DNA from: Fibrobacterota bacterium
GTDB lineage: Bacteria; Fibrobacterota; Fibrobacteria; UBA5070
NCBI GenBank assembly: GCA_016715065.1
Contig: JADKBN010000018.1
Coordinates: forward strand, 100,280-164,279
DNA: 64,000 nt
Direction of reading: 5' to 3'
Positions 19,315 to 29,908 of this stretch are shown piece after piece. The position numbers were made by a program, and so were the translations under genes. The notes under the pieces are model-generated. The model saw only the letters and a program-made list of their open reading frames with translations. It was not told the origin of the DNA and made no database searches. Each line of letters begins with the position of its first letter. Position 1 is the first letter of the stretch.

Positions 19315-22300
19315 TCAGAACTTGTATTGGAGTGACGCCAGGCCCTGGATTTCGTTGGTGATGACCATGGCTCCGTTGTTGTCTTCCTGCGCCTTGCGTT
19401 CCGTCCGCTTGTAGCTCGCATCAAAATTGGCGACCAGCCGTGACGTGAAGTTGTAGGACGCATTGGATCCACCGTAAACGGTAGTAACCTCGTCGAGAGT
19501 CTGGGCCTCGACTGGCTCGAAGGTGAGAGGATCGACCGCTTCCTTTTCTTTCCAGGATTTGGTCCAGCCCGCCTTGAAGGTGACCACCAGGTCGTTGTCC
19601 AGCTTCAAAAACCACCGGAAAAGCTGGATTCCGCGCTTGGTCTGGAAGCGGTAGGTAGCGGTACCTTCGTTGCCCATCTCGTAGCTGCGATCCTCGGAGG
19701 TCCCGCCAAACTCGAAGCACAGGTCCCTGGTCACCGTGGGGTCGCTGTAATACGCCGGCAAGCCCATCGATTCCGGGCAGACTCCTTCCGGCCTGGCTCC
19801 ATCCGCGCCGAGCGGGCGCTTGAGGTTGTTGACCGACCGGGTCCTTGCGAAATTGGTTCGATCCTCGAAGCTCCAATTTCCTTTGGTTTTCATTTGCAGT
19901 CCGACCAACGGCTGCCATCGCCAGGTGTAGTTGTCCACGTCCGCGTTCAACAAATGGGGGTGGATTTGTTGAGAGAGCTCCCAGGTCGTACTGTGGTTGA
20001 CCGTGGCGCTTTCGAACCATTTCACCAAAAAAGGCACCCGACCCGCAAAATTGGCCAGATCGGCGGAAACCGTGATTTGGGGCCAGGTCTTGGTGGTATC
20101 GACATTCCAGGGGGACATCCAGCGCTCGTCCCAGGAAATCTGGTAGGCGAGGCTCGGGTGGACCGAAAGGAGCAGACCGGGAATGGTGAAGTCCGAGTTC
20201 CCACTGACACGGTAGCTTCGGGTATTGACCATCGAGCTGCGATCGACGTAGGCATCTTGGGGGCTGGAGATGGTTTCCGTGGAGTTGTCTCTTGGGTAAG
20301 TGGACGGATGATCCAGCCGAGAGGGCTGGTATTGACCCAGTCCAGATTTGGAGCGCGAGCCGGTCACGATGTCGAGAGGGCCTCGGATGAAATCGGCATC
20401 GCCCAACCCCATCTGCCAACGCAAAAGGCTGCCGGCCTCCAGTCGCTCCACCGCCGAGGAATAACCGAGGGACTGGCGTACACCGCTGATACGATCGTCC
20501 ACGGAATATTCCACGCCAAAGCCCGTCCAGCGCCAACGGTCCAATCCCTGCCGGACCTCGTCGAGGGATTTGCCCCAGGCATCCGGCAAGACTCCGCGGA
20601 CCGATTGGAGGATGGCCGGCACATCCAAACGCAAGCTCGATCGAAAATTGTCCGAATGGTCGTGACGCCAGTACTGGATCAGGACCGAATCCCCGGCCAC
20701 CACGCGCTGGAGGGGAGATTCGCGGTTGGCCGAAGCGTTGGACTGGAAAGAGCCCGTGGTGGACAGCCAAGGCAGGATCCGTGGATTGAGTTCGATGCCA
20801 AATTGCACGGAGCGGGCGCCTTCGTTGCGCAAAAACCCAAAACCCTGGCGCTTGCTCTCGCCGCCTTCTTCGGAGGGCGAGCGGACGCGGGTGGTGTCCC
20901 AGTCGAAGATATATGGCATCGCGTCGGCCAGGCCCGTGGAAGGATCGAAACGCTGCGCTTCTTCCCGGCGGTCCCAGAGGCGACTGGATCGTTCCCCCAT
21001 GGTCAGGCGCAGGAAATCGAACAACTGCCAGTCACCGTTGATGCCATGCGTCAAGCTTGCTCGGGCATCGTGGGAGGAATACCGGGGGAGGCTGTCCTTG
21101 TCTGGCGCCAAGATCGAATGGACGCCTTCCAGGTAATCCAGGTCGCCCAGCGTGGAGGTGATGGTGGCAGGCCAAGGCTGGATCGTGAAGTTTTCCACCA
21201 GACTGGGCACCCACTTGCTCTTCGCCTCCCCGAAGGGCCTCCATTGGGGAGGCGGAGCCGGACTGAAATCGTAGTCCAGCCGCAGATTGTGCGCCCAGGT
21301 GGTATCGCGGCGATCCGGCCCCAACGTGCCTTGCTCGGTGTAGGTCCAATTGACCTTGGGCCGGGCGAAGAACGCATTGGTGAGGATGGGCTTCAGACCG
21401 GACTCCTCGTCGCGTCCCCTGGACCACGACGACCCGAGAGATCTGGTGACCACCAAGGTCTGGTAGGCGCGTGAAGTGCGATTGGCGATGTCGGCCGAAT
21501 CACGGCGCATGTCGGAGTCCCACCAGTCGGAGGTGATGTCGGAAAGTCCGTCCCGCGAGAGCGCCTGGTCTGAGCCCGGCCGGGCCCAAGGGCGATCCAC
21601 GAGACCGGTGATGGTGAACGACACCGGAAGTTGCGCCCGCCACGATTCCGGCAGGAATTTCTGCAGGAACAGACTGGTGGTGGCCGTGGCGCGCGCAGAC
21701 GATTTCTGACTGGACAGCTCCGGTTGTTTCTGCCCCATGGGCACGAAATCGCCGCCTCGGTATTCGGTGGAGGCGGAAACGTCCATCAGGTCCGCGAAGT
21801 TCATCTGGGCCGATCCTCGCAAGGCGGTGCCGATGCCCTGGTGAGGATCTTCCAGCCGCAAATCGTTCACCCAAAGTTCGCCGGTGGCGATCTCGTCCTG
21901 GGCGGCGGTTTCCGTGTTGTTGGGCCTCACCCACATCCGCATCCATTTGACCTGCGAAACGCTCGGGTCGCCATAGACGGAAATGGTGTCCTTGCGCGAA
22001 TCCGACCCGGAATGGAGTTCGATCCCCAATTCCTGGCGGTAGATCGAATCGCGCCCTTTTCCCTGGGCGTCGCGTTTGGTCTTCAAGGACGTCAGAGTGT
22101 TCAGAGGGATGCGGATCTGGTTTTGCTCCCAGTTGCCAGGCATGGCCTCCGCTCGCTGCTGGGCGGAGCAATCGACGCCACCGCAAGCGAGCGGAACCGG
22201 ATTGAAGGAGTATTCGTAATACGGCGAGGCCGGATTGGTGGGATCCCCCGAACCGAACTGGACCCCGAACCGGACGGGCTTATCTCCAGTGCGCAGCACA

Positions 22301-25300
22301 CTGGGGACTTCGTGGTAGACCAGCATCACCAGGTTCTTGTACAGCGTGAAGTCGCGTGGGGATTCGTAGTAGCGAAGGGCCTTGCCAGAATCCGCCACGA
22401 TTCTGCCGATCCCGATCCCGCGGTGGAGGTTGGCGTAGGCCAACCGCAACGATTGCTCGCTCTGGAGCGCCTCCGAAGAAGGATCCTTGACCTGGGGCAC
22501 TCCCCAGGCCTTGTAACGGCCTTGGTCGGTGTTGTTTCCGATCACCGACACGTTCAGACGGGAACTGTCGGGAGTCACGATCTTGGTGAGCGAGGTCCAG
22601 TTGGCCGAATAAGTGGCGTCTACCGTGTCGATGTCGTCGTTGGCTGAAAGCCGTTCGCTGCCCTTCCATTGGTTTCCCACCATGGCCATGCGGGCGATCT
22701 GGACCTTGTCCTCCTGCTGGTTGGCTCCGGTGGAAGGGGTGAGCCCGCCGAACCAGACGCGCACGGCCCGCACCTCGCTCCAGTTGGCGCCGCGACCTTT
22801 CTTTTTGAACACCTCGTCCAAGGGAATTCGATACAGCCGCCAGGCGTTGCCCAGCGCCTGGAAAGGCGTGCGATTCTTGCCATTGAGAACAATGCGGAAC
22901 CGGTCGAAGCTGTTGGCGAGGGCCAAGGAACCATCGCGATCGAGATCCTCCGAATCGAAATACGTGTTGGCGCCTCCGCCCAGATCCGTATTGTTGTTTT
23001 CCGCCCCGTTCACGGCACGATCGGGGTTGGCGGAGGTCCGGTCGGCATGGTAGTTGTCGCCGGCGGGATCCACGTACCCTGCGCTGATCAAAGTATCCTG
23101 GCAGTTGCGGCCAAAACATTCCCACCCTCGTCTGGTTTCCAGCGAGTCTTTCATTCCGTCGATGCCGAAGTCGTTTTGTGGCACGCCCGTGGGCAGGCCG
23201 TTGAGAAGATCTTCACCATCCAGCGCACCGTTGGGGGCTTCCCCATTGACGGACAAGTCTTCGGACATCTGTCCGATGTCCAGGAACAATTCGCCTCCGC
23301 CGGAAGGTTTGGCGACCACTTCCAGATAACGCGTGTTGGAGTTGTCCCGCCAGCTGGAAGGCATGGCGCGCATGATCCCGCCCCAGGACATTCCCCTGCC
23401 CGATCGATCGTTGGGACGCAGCCGAAGTTGCAGAACCGACATGCGGGCCGGAGTCGAGCTGCCATCGTCGTGCTGAGGATAGACATCGCGCATCAACACG
23501 CGCGCATTGGAAGACCACGTCATTTCGCCCTGGTGGCGATAATCCAACGTGTCTTCGAAGTCCACATCCGTGGAAACACCCCCCGGAGGGCTGGCCTGCG
23601 ACCAGGAATAGGAAGAGATGGGAAGTTCGTTGGTCACTTGCGATCCTTCGAAGTCCTCCACCAACGCATACCCGTCCAAGCTGGGATCCGTCCAGCTCTG
23701 CGCACCCTCCAGCTCCAATCGCCATTTGGATTCGGCCGTGGTCTTCACCAACGGGACCTTGTTGACCAATTCCGTCAACGACTCCGATTCTCCCGTCAGG
23801 CGAAGGTTCGCTCCCCACAACATGGCCTGGTTTCCTTCGCGCGCCAGCTGCGGTCGCAAGTCGGTCACGCTTTCCTTGCGGTACAGGAAGGTGCCGCCCA
23901 AAACGGATTCCTTGCTGATTTGCGACAACTGGTATTCCAATCGAGCGCCGAACACGGAGCGATTTTCCAACGAGAAGAACGGTGTGCAGGAAAAGTCCAC
24001 CTGGATATCCGCCGAGGCGGCCCGGGCCCGGTCCGAAAGCAAGGTGATGGTGCCGGTCTGGTACTGGACATCGTAGTCCTTGCCCTTCTCCAGCCGAGTG
24101 GAGCCGTTGAGCGTCAGGACTTCGGATCCGGAGAGGATGTCCACGCAATTGGACCCACTGACGCTGGCGTAATCGCGGGAGCCGATCTTGATCGAATCGG
24201 ATGCGGATTTGGAGGTGATTTCGATGCCGAAACGAGGAGAAAGGCCTGGCAGCGCCGTTCGGGTGGAATCGTAGATACCCGCGTTTCCAAATTTTCGAAA
24301 CGGCTCCAACCCAGGCAAATTGAGGGTCCGCGCTCCCCAGTCGAAGATGTCGGTGTTGTCGACCAGCAGGTTACCGGATTCATCGGCGATCCCGAACGTT
24401 TTCGCCCACTCCCGCCCGGTGGAATCGACCGAATTGTCGCCCGTGCGAACTCCAGACAGGTCCAAAATCCGGATCTTCAGGTTACGCCGGTCCCGCTCTC
24501 CGATCGAAGGCAACCGGTAGCGATTGCGTAGTTGCAAGGAGCGCAACGCGGCATCTTCATGATCGTCCGCATATAGCAACACAAGATCTGTCGGGGTTCC
24601 GGTATGTGCGCCCTCTCCAGGGGCCCATTTGACCGCCAATGCACTGCCGTTGCCCACCAGGTCCGGGCGACGAAGACGAAGCACACCGCCCTGATAACCC
24701 CATTCCGTGTTGGCATCCAACAGTCTCCAGCGGCCAGGCAAGGTGACAAAACCTGCACGCCCTAGGCTATCCCAGCTGGTGGCCTTCGCAGGTCTTACCT
24801 GTTTGGCCCATTCCGGATGCGCCCGCAGGTCTTGAGGGAGGATTCGTTGATACACCTCCAAGCCATTGGGAGGAGCCAGTTTTTCGTTGTTGCCGTTGTT
24901 GGCGATCCAACGTTTGCGATGCTCGAAACTCAAGAAAAAATCCGTTCCCAACACGAGGTCGCGGTCGCGAAGAAGCGTGGTGTTGTCGCGAGCCGAGCGG
25001 CCCACGTGCTGCTTTTGCTGCTCGCCTTTTTGGGTGCCTCCGACCATGGTCAGATCCAGATCGCCAAACCGCAGCCGGGCTTTCAGACCCAATACACCCG
25101 TTGCAGCTTCTGAGTATCCGGTAAGACTGGATCCCGGCAGGGCGAGCTGGATCAGACCGGCTTCCGCTTCCTGGAGAATGTCGTCTTCCGTATCCTCCGG
25201 CTTTTCGCCAGCATACCGAATCTGCAAGGCCTGGTTCTGGGTGGCTCCAAACCCTTCCTGGTTCCAGGTCAGGCTGATGGAGACGAACTTCCCAATGTTG

Positions 25301-25896
25301 CCGGTAAGATTGATGTTGGGAATCTGCTCGGGGCTGAAATCGGGAATCTTGTTGGCGGTTCCTTGCTGCTCTTCCAGGTTGGTCCAATGCGAATTGGCCT
25401 TCAGTTGCAGGGTGTAGGAGCCTGTCAGCGTCAAGGCCGGCTTGGTCAGGCCCAAGCGTTTGGCCCACTCGGGAATTTTGACGGGCAACTCGTAGCGGGT
25501 TTCCACTCTGCCCGAATCCGAAAACTTCGATTGCCCCACCAATTCCCGCCGCACCAACCGCCGGTGCTCTTGGGCCAGCATGTCGCCCAAATAATCGGAC
25601 AATTCGCCGTAGTAGCCCTGCCAGAGCTGGATGGAATCCAGCCCCAACGTGGAATCCATGCGCACGTAGCTGCGGATGTCCACCGCCCGGGTGTCGAAAC
25701 CAATCTGGTACTCCGTTGTGACCGGATTGGTCCGGAGACTCATCAAGCCCCTGGGCGACCCGATCTCTGCAAAGGGTGTGATGGCAGCCGGGAGCGTTAC
25801 ATACTCTGGAACATCTGCTGGAGCATGGACTCCAACAAAACCCAAAACAACCGCCAAGAGCGCACCTGAACCTGGACGGCGATGCTGTGCCAGGGA
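19315..25896 (-). CDS. giant outer-membrane beta-barrel protein, SprA/Sov-like (candidate T9SS translocon)
   Basis: About 2,190 aa from MSLAQHRRPGSGALLAVVLGFVGVHA (signal). C-terminal ...GLASLQYKF (aromatic-terminal beta-barrel signature). Size matches SprA/Sov. The SprA assignment is by size and architecture only. Confidence 0.5.
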   Translation of the reverse strand, partial: SLAQHRRPGSGALLAVVLGFVGVHAPADVPEYVTLPAAITPFAEIGSPRGLMSLRTNPVTTEYQIGFDTRAVDIRSYVRMDSTLGLDSIQLWQGYYGELSDYLGDMLAQEHRRLVRRELVGQSKFSDSGRVETRYELPVKIPEWAKRLGLTKPALTLTGSYTLQLKANSHWTNLEEQQGTANKIPDFSPEQIPNINLTGNIGKFVSISLTWNQEGFGATQNQALQIRYAGEKPEDTEDDILQEAEAGLIQLALPGSSLTGYSEAATGVLGLKARLRFGDLDLTMVGGTQKGEQQKQHVGRSARDNTTLLRDRDLVLGTDFFLSFEHRKRWIANNGNNEKLAPPNGLEVYQRILPQDLRAHPEWAKQVRPAKATSWDSLGRAGFVTLPGRWRLLDANTEWGYQGGVLRLRRPDLVGNGSALAVKWAPGEGAHTGTPTDLVLLYADDHEDAALRSLQLRNRYRLPSIGERDRRNLKIRILDLSGVRTGDNSVDSTGREWAKTFGIADESGNLLVDNTDIFDWGARTLNLPGLEPFRKFGNAGIYDSTRTALPGLSPRFGIEITSKSASDSIKIGSRDYASVSGSNCVDILSGSEVLTLNGSTRLEKGKDYDVQYQTGTITLLSDRARAASADIQVDFSCTPFFSLENRSVFGARLEYQLSQISKESVLGGTFLYRKESVTDLRPQLAREGNQAMLWGANLRLTGESESLTELVNKVPLVKTTAESKWRLELEGAQSWTDPSLDGYALVEDFEGSQVTNELPISSYSWSQASPPGGVSTDVDFEDTLDYRHQGEMTWSSNARVLMRDVYPQHDDGSSTPARMSVLQLRLRPNDRSGRGMSWGGIMRAMPSSWRDNSNTRYLEVVAKPSGGGELFLDIGQMSEDLSVNGEAPNGALDGEDLLNGLPTGVPQNDFGIDGMKDSLETRRGWECFGRNCQDTLISAGYVDPAGDNYHADRTSANPDRAVNGAENNNTDLGGGANTYFDSEDLDRDGSLALANSFDRFRIVLNGKNRTPFQALGNAWRLYRIPLDEVFKKKGRGANWSEVRAVRVWFGGLTPSTGANQQEDKVQIARMAMVGNQWKGSERLSANDDIDTVDATYSANWTSLTKIVTPDSSRLNVSVIGNNTDQGRYKAWGVPQVKDPSSEALQSEQSLRLAYANLHRGIGIGRIVADSGKALRYYESPRDFTLYKNLVMLVYHEVPSVLRTGDKPVRFGVQFGSGDPTNPASPYYEYSFNPVPLACGGVDCSAQQRAEAMPGNWEQNQIRIPLNTLTSLKTKRDAQGKGRDSIYRQELGIELHSGSDSRKDTISVYGDPSVSQVKWMRMWVRPNNTETAAQDEIATGELWVNDLRLEDPHQGIGTALRGSAQMNFADLMDVSASTEYRGGDFVPMGQKQPELSSQKSSARATATTSLFLQKFLPESWRAQLPVSFTITGLVDRPWARPGSDQALSRDGLSDITSDWWDSDMRRDSADIANRTSRAYQTLVVTRSLGSSWSRGRDEESGLKPILTNAFFARPKVNWTYTEQGTLGPDRRDTTWAHNLRLDYDFSPAPPPQWRPFGEAKSKWVPSLVENFTIQPWPATITSTLGDLDYLEGVHSILAPDKDSLPRYSSHDARASLTHGINGDWQLFDFLRLTMGERSSRLWDRREEAQRFDPSTGLADAMPYIFDWDTTRVRSPSEEGGESKRQGFGFLRNEGARSVQFGIELNPRILPWLSTTGSFQSNASANRESPLQRVVAGDSVLIQYWRHDHSDNFRSSLRLDVPAILQSVRGVLPDAWGKSLDEVRQGLDRWRWTGFGVEYSVDDRISGVRQSLGYSSAVERLEAGSLLRWQMGLGDADFIRGPLDIVTGSRSKSGLGQYQPSRLDHPSTYPRDNSTETISSPQDAYVDRSSMVNTRSYRVSGNSDFTIPGLLLSVHPSLAYQISWDERWMSPWNVDTTKTWPQITVSADLANFAGRVPFLVKWFESATVNHSTTWELSQQIHPHLLNADVDNYTWRWQPLVGLQMKTKGNWSFEDRTNFARTRSVNNLKRPLGADGARPEGVCPESMGLPAYYSDPTVTRDLCFEFGGTSEDRSYEMGNEGTATYRFQTKRGIQLFRWFLKLDNDLVVTFKAGWTKSWKEKEAVDPLTFEPVEAQTLDEVTTVYGGSNASYNFTSRLVANFDASYKRTERKAQEDNNGAMVITNEIQGLASLQYKF

Positions 25897-26014
25897 CATG
25901 AATCGATTTCGCACCGTAGCGGACAAAGTACCCTTTTGGTGAACGACCGGAAACCTCTCGCAGGCCATGAATCGTTCTGGAGCTTTTTAGAACCCGGTTT
26001 TCAGGTCAAGATGC

Positions 26015-27147
26015 CTAGAATACGAAGTTCAAAGACGGACTGACTGTCCAGCCGCGAAGGTTGAGGTTGAGGTCGGAATCCAGGGGCAGCACATATCCCC
26101 CTCGCACGTCCAGGAGCACTTGCTTGCCCTTGTAGAGCTCCAAGCCCACATGCGGAGTGACCTGGACCAGGTGGCGATTGCGCTTTTGGGAGGACAAAAA
26201 CAGCCCGCCCACCGTGAAGCCGCTGTAGAGGTTCAAGTAGGAGCGCTGCCCCCGCCCGAAATGCCGGGGATAGAAGTCGGTGCCGTACCCGTACAGGAAG
26301 ATGTCGTCGAAAATCGCCGAATCGCCTCGGTGGGCCTCTTGGCTCTTAAGCACTCCCAGCACCAGGTAGCTCTTGCCTTTGGTGAACAAGTACCGGACCG
26401 ATCCACCCATGTACGATCCGCTGGAGATCCCCGCTTTGGGGTTTTCCACCGAGTAATAGGTGAATTCCCCGCCCGGCATGTTGGTGAACTCCACCCAGTT
26501 TTTCCCGGTGGTGGTGGGAGGTTCGCTGGGTTCCTCCAGGGTCAGGTTCACCTGATTGCCCCGGACCTGCTGGCGGGCTTCGATCAGGTTCTCTTCCAGA
26601 GCGAAAATCTGATTGTCGATCTCGCGCGCTTTGGACCACAACGTGTTGTAGGCCTGGGCCTCTTTGCCGCGATCCACCCCTTGCAGTTCCTTGGCGTAGA
26701 CCTCGCGTTCCGATTGACGAAAGCGCAACTCATGGGCGAGCTTTTCGATGTCGTCGGCCTTGCTGACCAAGTCCAGCGTGTATTCGACGGGCTTGCCCAG
26801 CTTGGAAAGGCTGTCCTTCAGCGACCCAAACAGTGAGTCTGGAACCGTGAAGGTCATGGAAGCCTTGCGCTGCCAAGACTCCTCGCGATTGTTCTTCGCT
26901 TCCAACACGTTCAAGCCCATCCGCGCCACCCAGCGCTCCGCGGAAGCCAGGCCTTTGTGGAGATCGTCCACCTGCACCGTGACTTTCAGGCGACGAGACA
27001 GCGCAGCCGACGTTCCAGAGAAATCGGTGATCACCACTTCGCGATCGGCGGGAGCCATCCCGAATTTCGCATCCATCGAGCTCGATCCATAGGACGATTT
27101 GGATGGGGCCTGAAGAAGGGACGTCAAAGCCAAGGCAGTCAGGAGTG
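26015..27147 (-). CDS. hypothetical outer-membrane protein (coiled-coil N-region plus C-terminal beta-barrel-like region ending in F)
   Basis: Possible GTG start with GAGG RBS. Signal-like SALLTALALTSLLQA. Coiled-coil segment. C-terminal LNFVF. The alternative ATG at 27250 gives 411 aa. Confidence 0.35.
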
Positions 27148-27234
27148 CGGACACGGGAACCTCAGACGTGAAAGGAGGGGGGTACCCCCGAAAGGTTAAT
27201 TGAAAACCCGCGGAGCGACCGACCCTGACTCGCT

Positions 27235-28789
27235 TCAGGCCGTGAGCCACCGTCCAAGGTTGCGCTCGACCTTGTCGAACTCCACGCCCACTTTCACCAC
27301 CGTGCGTCCATCGGCATGCCAGGAAACCGCATAGCCCCGGTCTTCAATCTGCGCCAAGGCCTCTTCGGCTGTGCCATTGAGCTTGAACTCGAAAACGAAG
27401 ACGTGGGTCTCGGTTTGCACCACCGCGTCGGCGCGCCCCTTGGCGGATTTCAGTTCGGTCTGCAGGAATTGTCCAAGGAGAGTGAAGACCAGGTAGAACA
27501 CCACCTGGTAATGGCGCTCGGTGCGGTCACTCAGGTCATAAGGGATTTTTTCGAAGAACGCTCTCAGCCTCGTCAGGAAGGCATCCACATCCCCGGCTCG
27601 CAATTCTTGGGAAAACTTGGCGATGTGGAAGCCTCCACGCCCATTTTCCGCACCCGTGAAGCTGGGCAGCAGAAAATTCAAAAAACCGTTTTTGACCTCG
27701 TCGTTGGGATAACCCAATCGATAGAGACCCAGGTCCGGGTCGTAGTCCTGGATGGTGAGGTATCCACTTTGGTAGATCACTGGCAAAGGGCGGTTGGCAT
27801 CCAACCGATAGTCGGAAAATTCCGAAGCCTCCACCTCGATTCCATCCAGCTCGCGCAAGTCGCTGTCGGCTTCCTTGAGTAGCTCCACCAGAAAGGTCGG
27901 GGTACCGGTTTGAAACCAGTAATCACGCAGCTCGCCGGTGCGAAGCAGGTTCAGGGTACTGAACGGATTGAACACGCTCGGACCGCCCGGATGAAACCGG
28001 TAACCGTTGTACATCTTGCGCACATCGGCGAGCACGCGCTCGAAAGGGACTCCTCGCTTGGAAGCGATTTTTTCCAGTTCCGGCAGGAAATTCTCCAGCA
28101 ACTCCGGCTCGGTGATCCCGCAGACGGCGGAATAATCTGCTTCCACAGACAAATCGGTCAGTTGGTTCAGATCGCTGAACACACTCACTTGCCCGAACTT
28201 GGTCACCCCGGTCAGAAGCACAAACTTCAAGTGGGCATCCGCGCTCTTCAGAACCCCGTAGAAGGCCTTGATGGTCTTTTTGTACTCCTCCAACAATTCG
28301 GGACAACCAATCGCCTGGAGCAGGGGCTTGTCGTACTCGTCCACCAACACGATCACCCGACGGCCGGTCTTCTCTCTCGCTCGCTGGATCGCACCTAGGA
28401 AACGCCTTGAAAGGGTATCCTCGTCTGCCTTCGGCATCCCAAATCGTTCTTCCCAGCGGCACACATGGCTGTTCAGGATTGCAAGCAAGGCTTCCGGCGT
28501 ATCGTATTTCTCCGCGTTCAGATCCAGCCGGAGCACCGGATACTCGATCCAGTCTTGCTCCAGTTGTTCGATGGCGAGCCCCTTGAATAGCTCCTTTCTT
28601 CCTTCGAAGTAGGCTCCGAGCGTGGACGAAAGCAAACTCTTGCCAAATCGCCGCGGGCGAGAAAGAAAATAGACTCGACCTTCCGTGGCCAGCCGATGAA
28701 CAAAAGCTGTTTTGTCCACATACAGGTATCCATCCTCGCGCAGAGAAGGAAAATCCTGGATCCCGATGGGCAACTTCCGAAGAGCCATG
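27235..28789 (-). CDS. AAA-ATPase-like (PF09820-type) protein with C-terminal PD-(D/E)XK nuclease-like domain
   Basis: N-terminus MALRKLPIGIQDFPSLREDGYLYVDKT with Walker-A-like RPRRFGKS is typical of the predicted AAA-ATPase family; C-terminal PDDEXK_9-like region. Confidence 0.75.
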
Positions 28790-28816
28790 GCCCTAAGATA
28801 CCTCCCGACCGACCCC

Positions 28817-29591
28817 AGCCACCCCAAGGCGCCAGCGAAGCGGAGCGCCGTTAGGCCACCCTTGCCACGCCCACCAACCCGCGCCACCCCAGCGCGAAAC
28901 AAGCAAAGCGAGTTTCGCCAACGCCAACCCCGCCACCTGCGCTACCCAGCCACCCCAGGGCGCCAGCGAAGCGGAGCGCCGTTTGGCCACCCTTGACACG
29001 TCCACCAACCCGCGCCACCCCAGCGCGAAACAAGCAAAGCGAGTTTCGCCAACGCCAACCCCGCCACCTGCGCTACCCAGCCACCCCAGGGCGCCAGCGA
29101 AGCGGAGCGCCGTTTGGCCACCCTTGCCACGTCCACCAACCCGCGCCACCCCAGCGCGAAACAAGCAAAGCGAGTTTCGCCAACGCCAACCCCGCCACCT
29201 GCGCTACCCCACCACCACAGGGCGCCAGCGAAGCGGAGCGCCGTTTGGCCACCCTTGCCACGTCCACCAACCCGCGCCACCCCAGCGCGAAACAAGCAAA
29301 GCGAGTTTCGCCAACGCCAACCCCGCCACCTGCGCTACCCCACCACCACAGGGCGCCAGCGAAGCGGAGCGCCGTTTGCCCCCCCGTCCACAGGCGAAAA
29401 AGCGAGTTCGCCAACCCGCCTCACCACCCCAGGGCGCCAGCGAAGCGGAGCGCCGTTTGGCCACCCTTGCCACGTCCACCAACCCGCGCCACCCCAGCGC
29501 GAAACAAGCAAAGCGAGTTTCGCCAACGCCAACCCCGCCACCTGCGCTACCCAGCCACCCCAGGGCGCCAGCGAAGTGGAGCGCCGTTAGG
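28817..29591. repeat. 131-bp tandem repeat array, about 6 copies (5 full, one degenerate, one truncated)
   Basis: Unit AGCCACCCCAGGGCGCCAGCGAAGCGGAGCGCC...GCGAAACAAGCAAAGCGAGTTTCGC...CTGCGCTACCC. Full copies start at 28817, 28948, 29079, 29210 and 29422. Two hairpins per unit. Array followed by CATTTTTTT. Not CRISPR: no unique spacers. Confidence 0.9.
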
Positions 29592-29714
29592 AAAACGCCG
29601 AACGCCGCATTTTTTTGCCGTTTATGAGGGATGCAGTCGAAGTGATCCGAACCCGAAGCCGTACTTCAGTACGGCGAGCGGTGAGGATCGCGAGAATGCG
29701 CCCTCAGAAATGGC

Positions 29715-29750
29715 AAAAAAAAGGGCGGCGAGGTAAACCTCGCCGCCAAA
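29715..29750 (-). terminator. intrinsic terminator downstream of mutL
   Basis: Minus-strand sequence GGCGGCGAGGTTTACCTCGCCGCC followed by CTTTTTTTTG. Confidence 0.65.
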
Positions 29751-29908
29751 GGACGTCGCCGCCAATTCCCCGCGCAAAACGGCGATCATCCGTCACTTAA
29801 GTTACGCTTAACATCGACCAAAGTCAAGGGCCAAGGTGGGATTTTTGTAAAAAGATTGATCGACTTATGATTCTATCATTGAAACAGGCGCAAATATTGC
29901 TGGGAATT

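Noticed and set aside
19894-24531. Several 300-620-aa plus-strand ORFs (19894..21474, 21631..22647, 22669..24531).
   Set aside because: All antisense to the intact 2,217-codon SprA-like ORF; low-complexity composition.
25961-26000. T-run GCTTTTTAG that might mark a terminator.
   Set aside because: No convincing upstream GC hairpin, and there is no plus-strand gene to terminate here.
28817-29591. Possible CRISPR array.
   Set aside because: Units abut directly with no unique spacers; the period is 131 bp and each unit is internally complex. No cas genes.
28793-29736. Many overlapping Pro/Ala/Arg-rich ORFs on both strands (e.g. 28983..29627+, 28993..29736+, 28942..29295-).
   Set aside because: They are reading-frame translations of the 131-bp tandem repeat: identical peptide blocks recur with the repeat period, so they are not genes.
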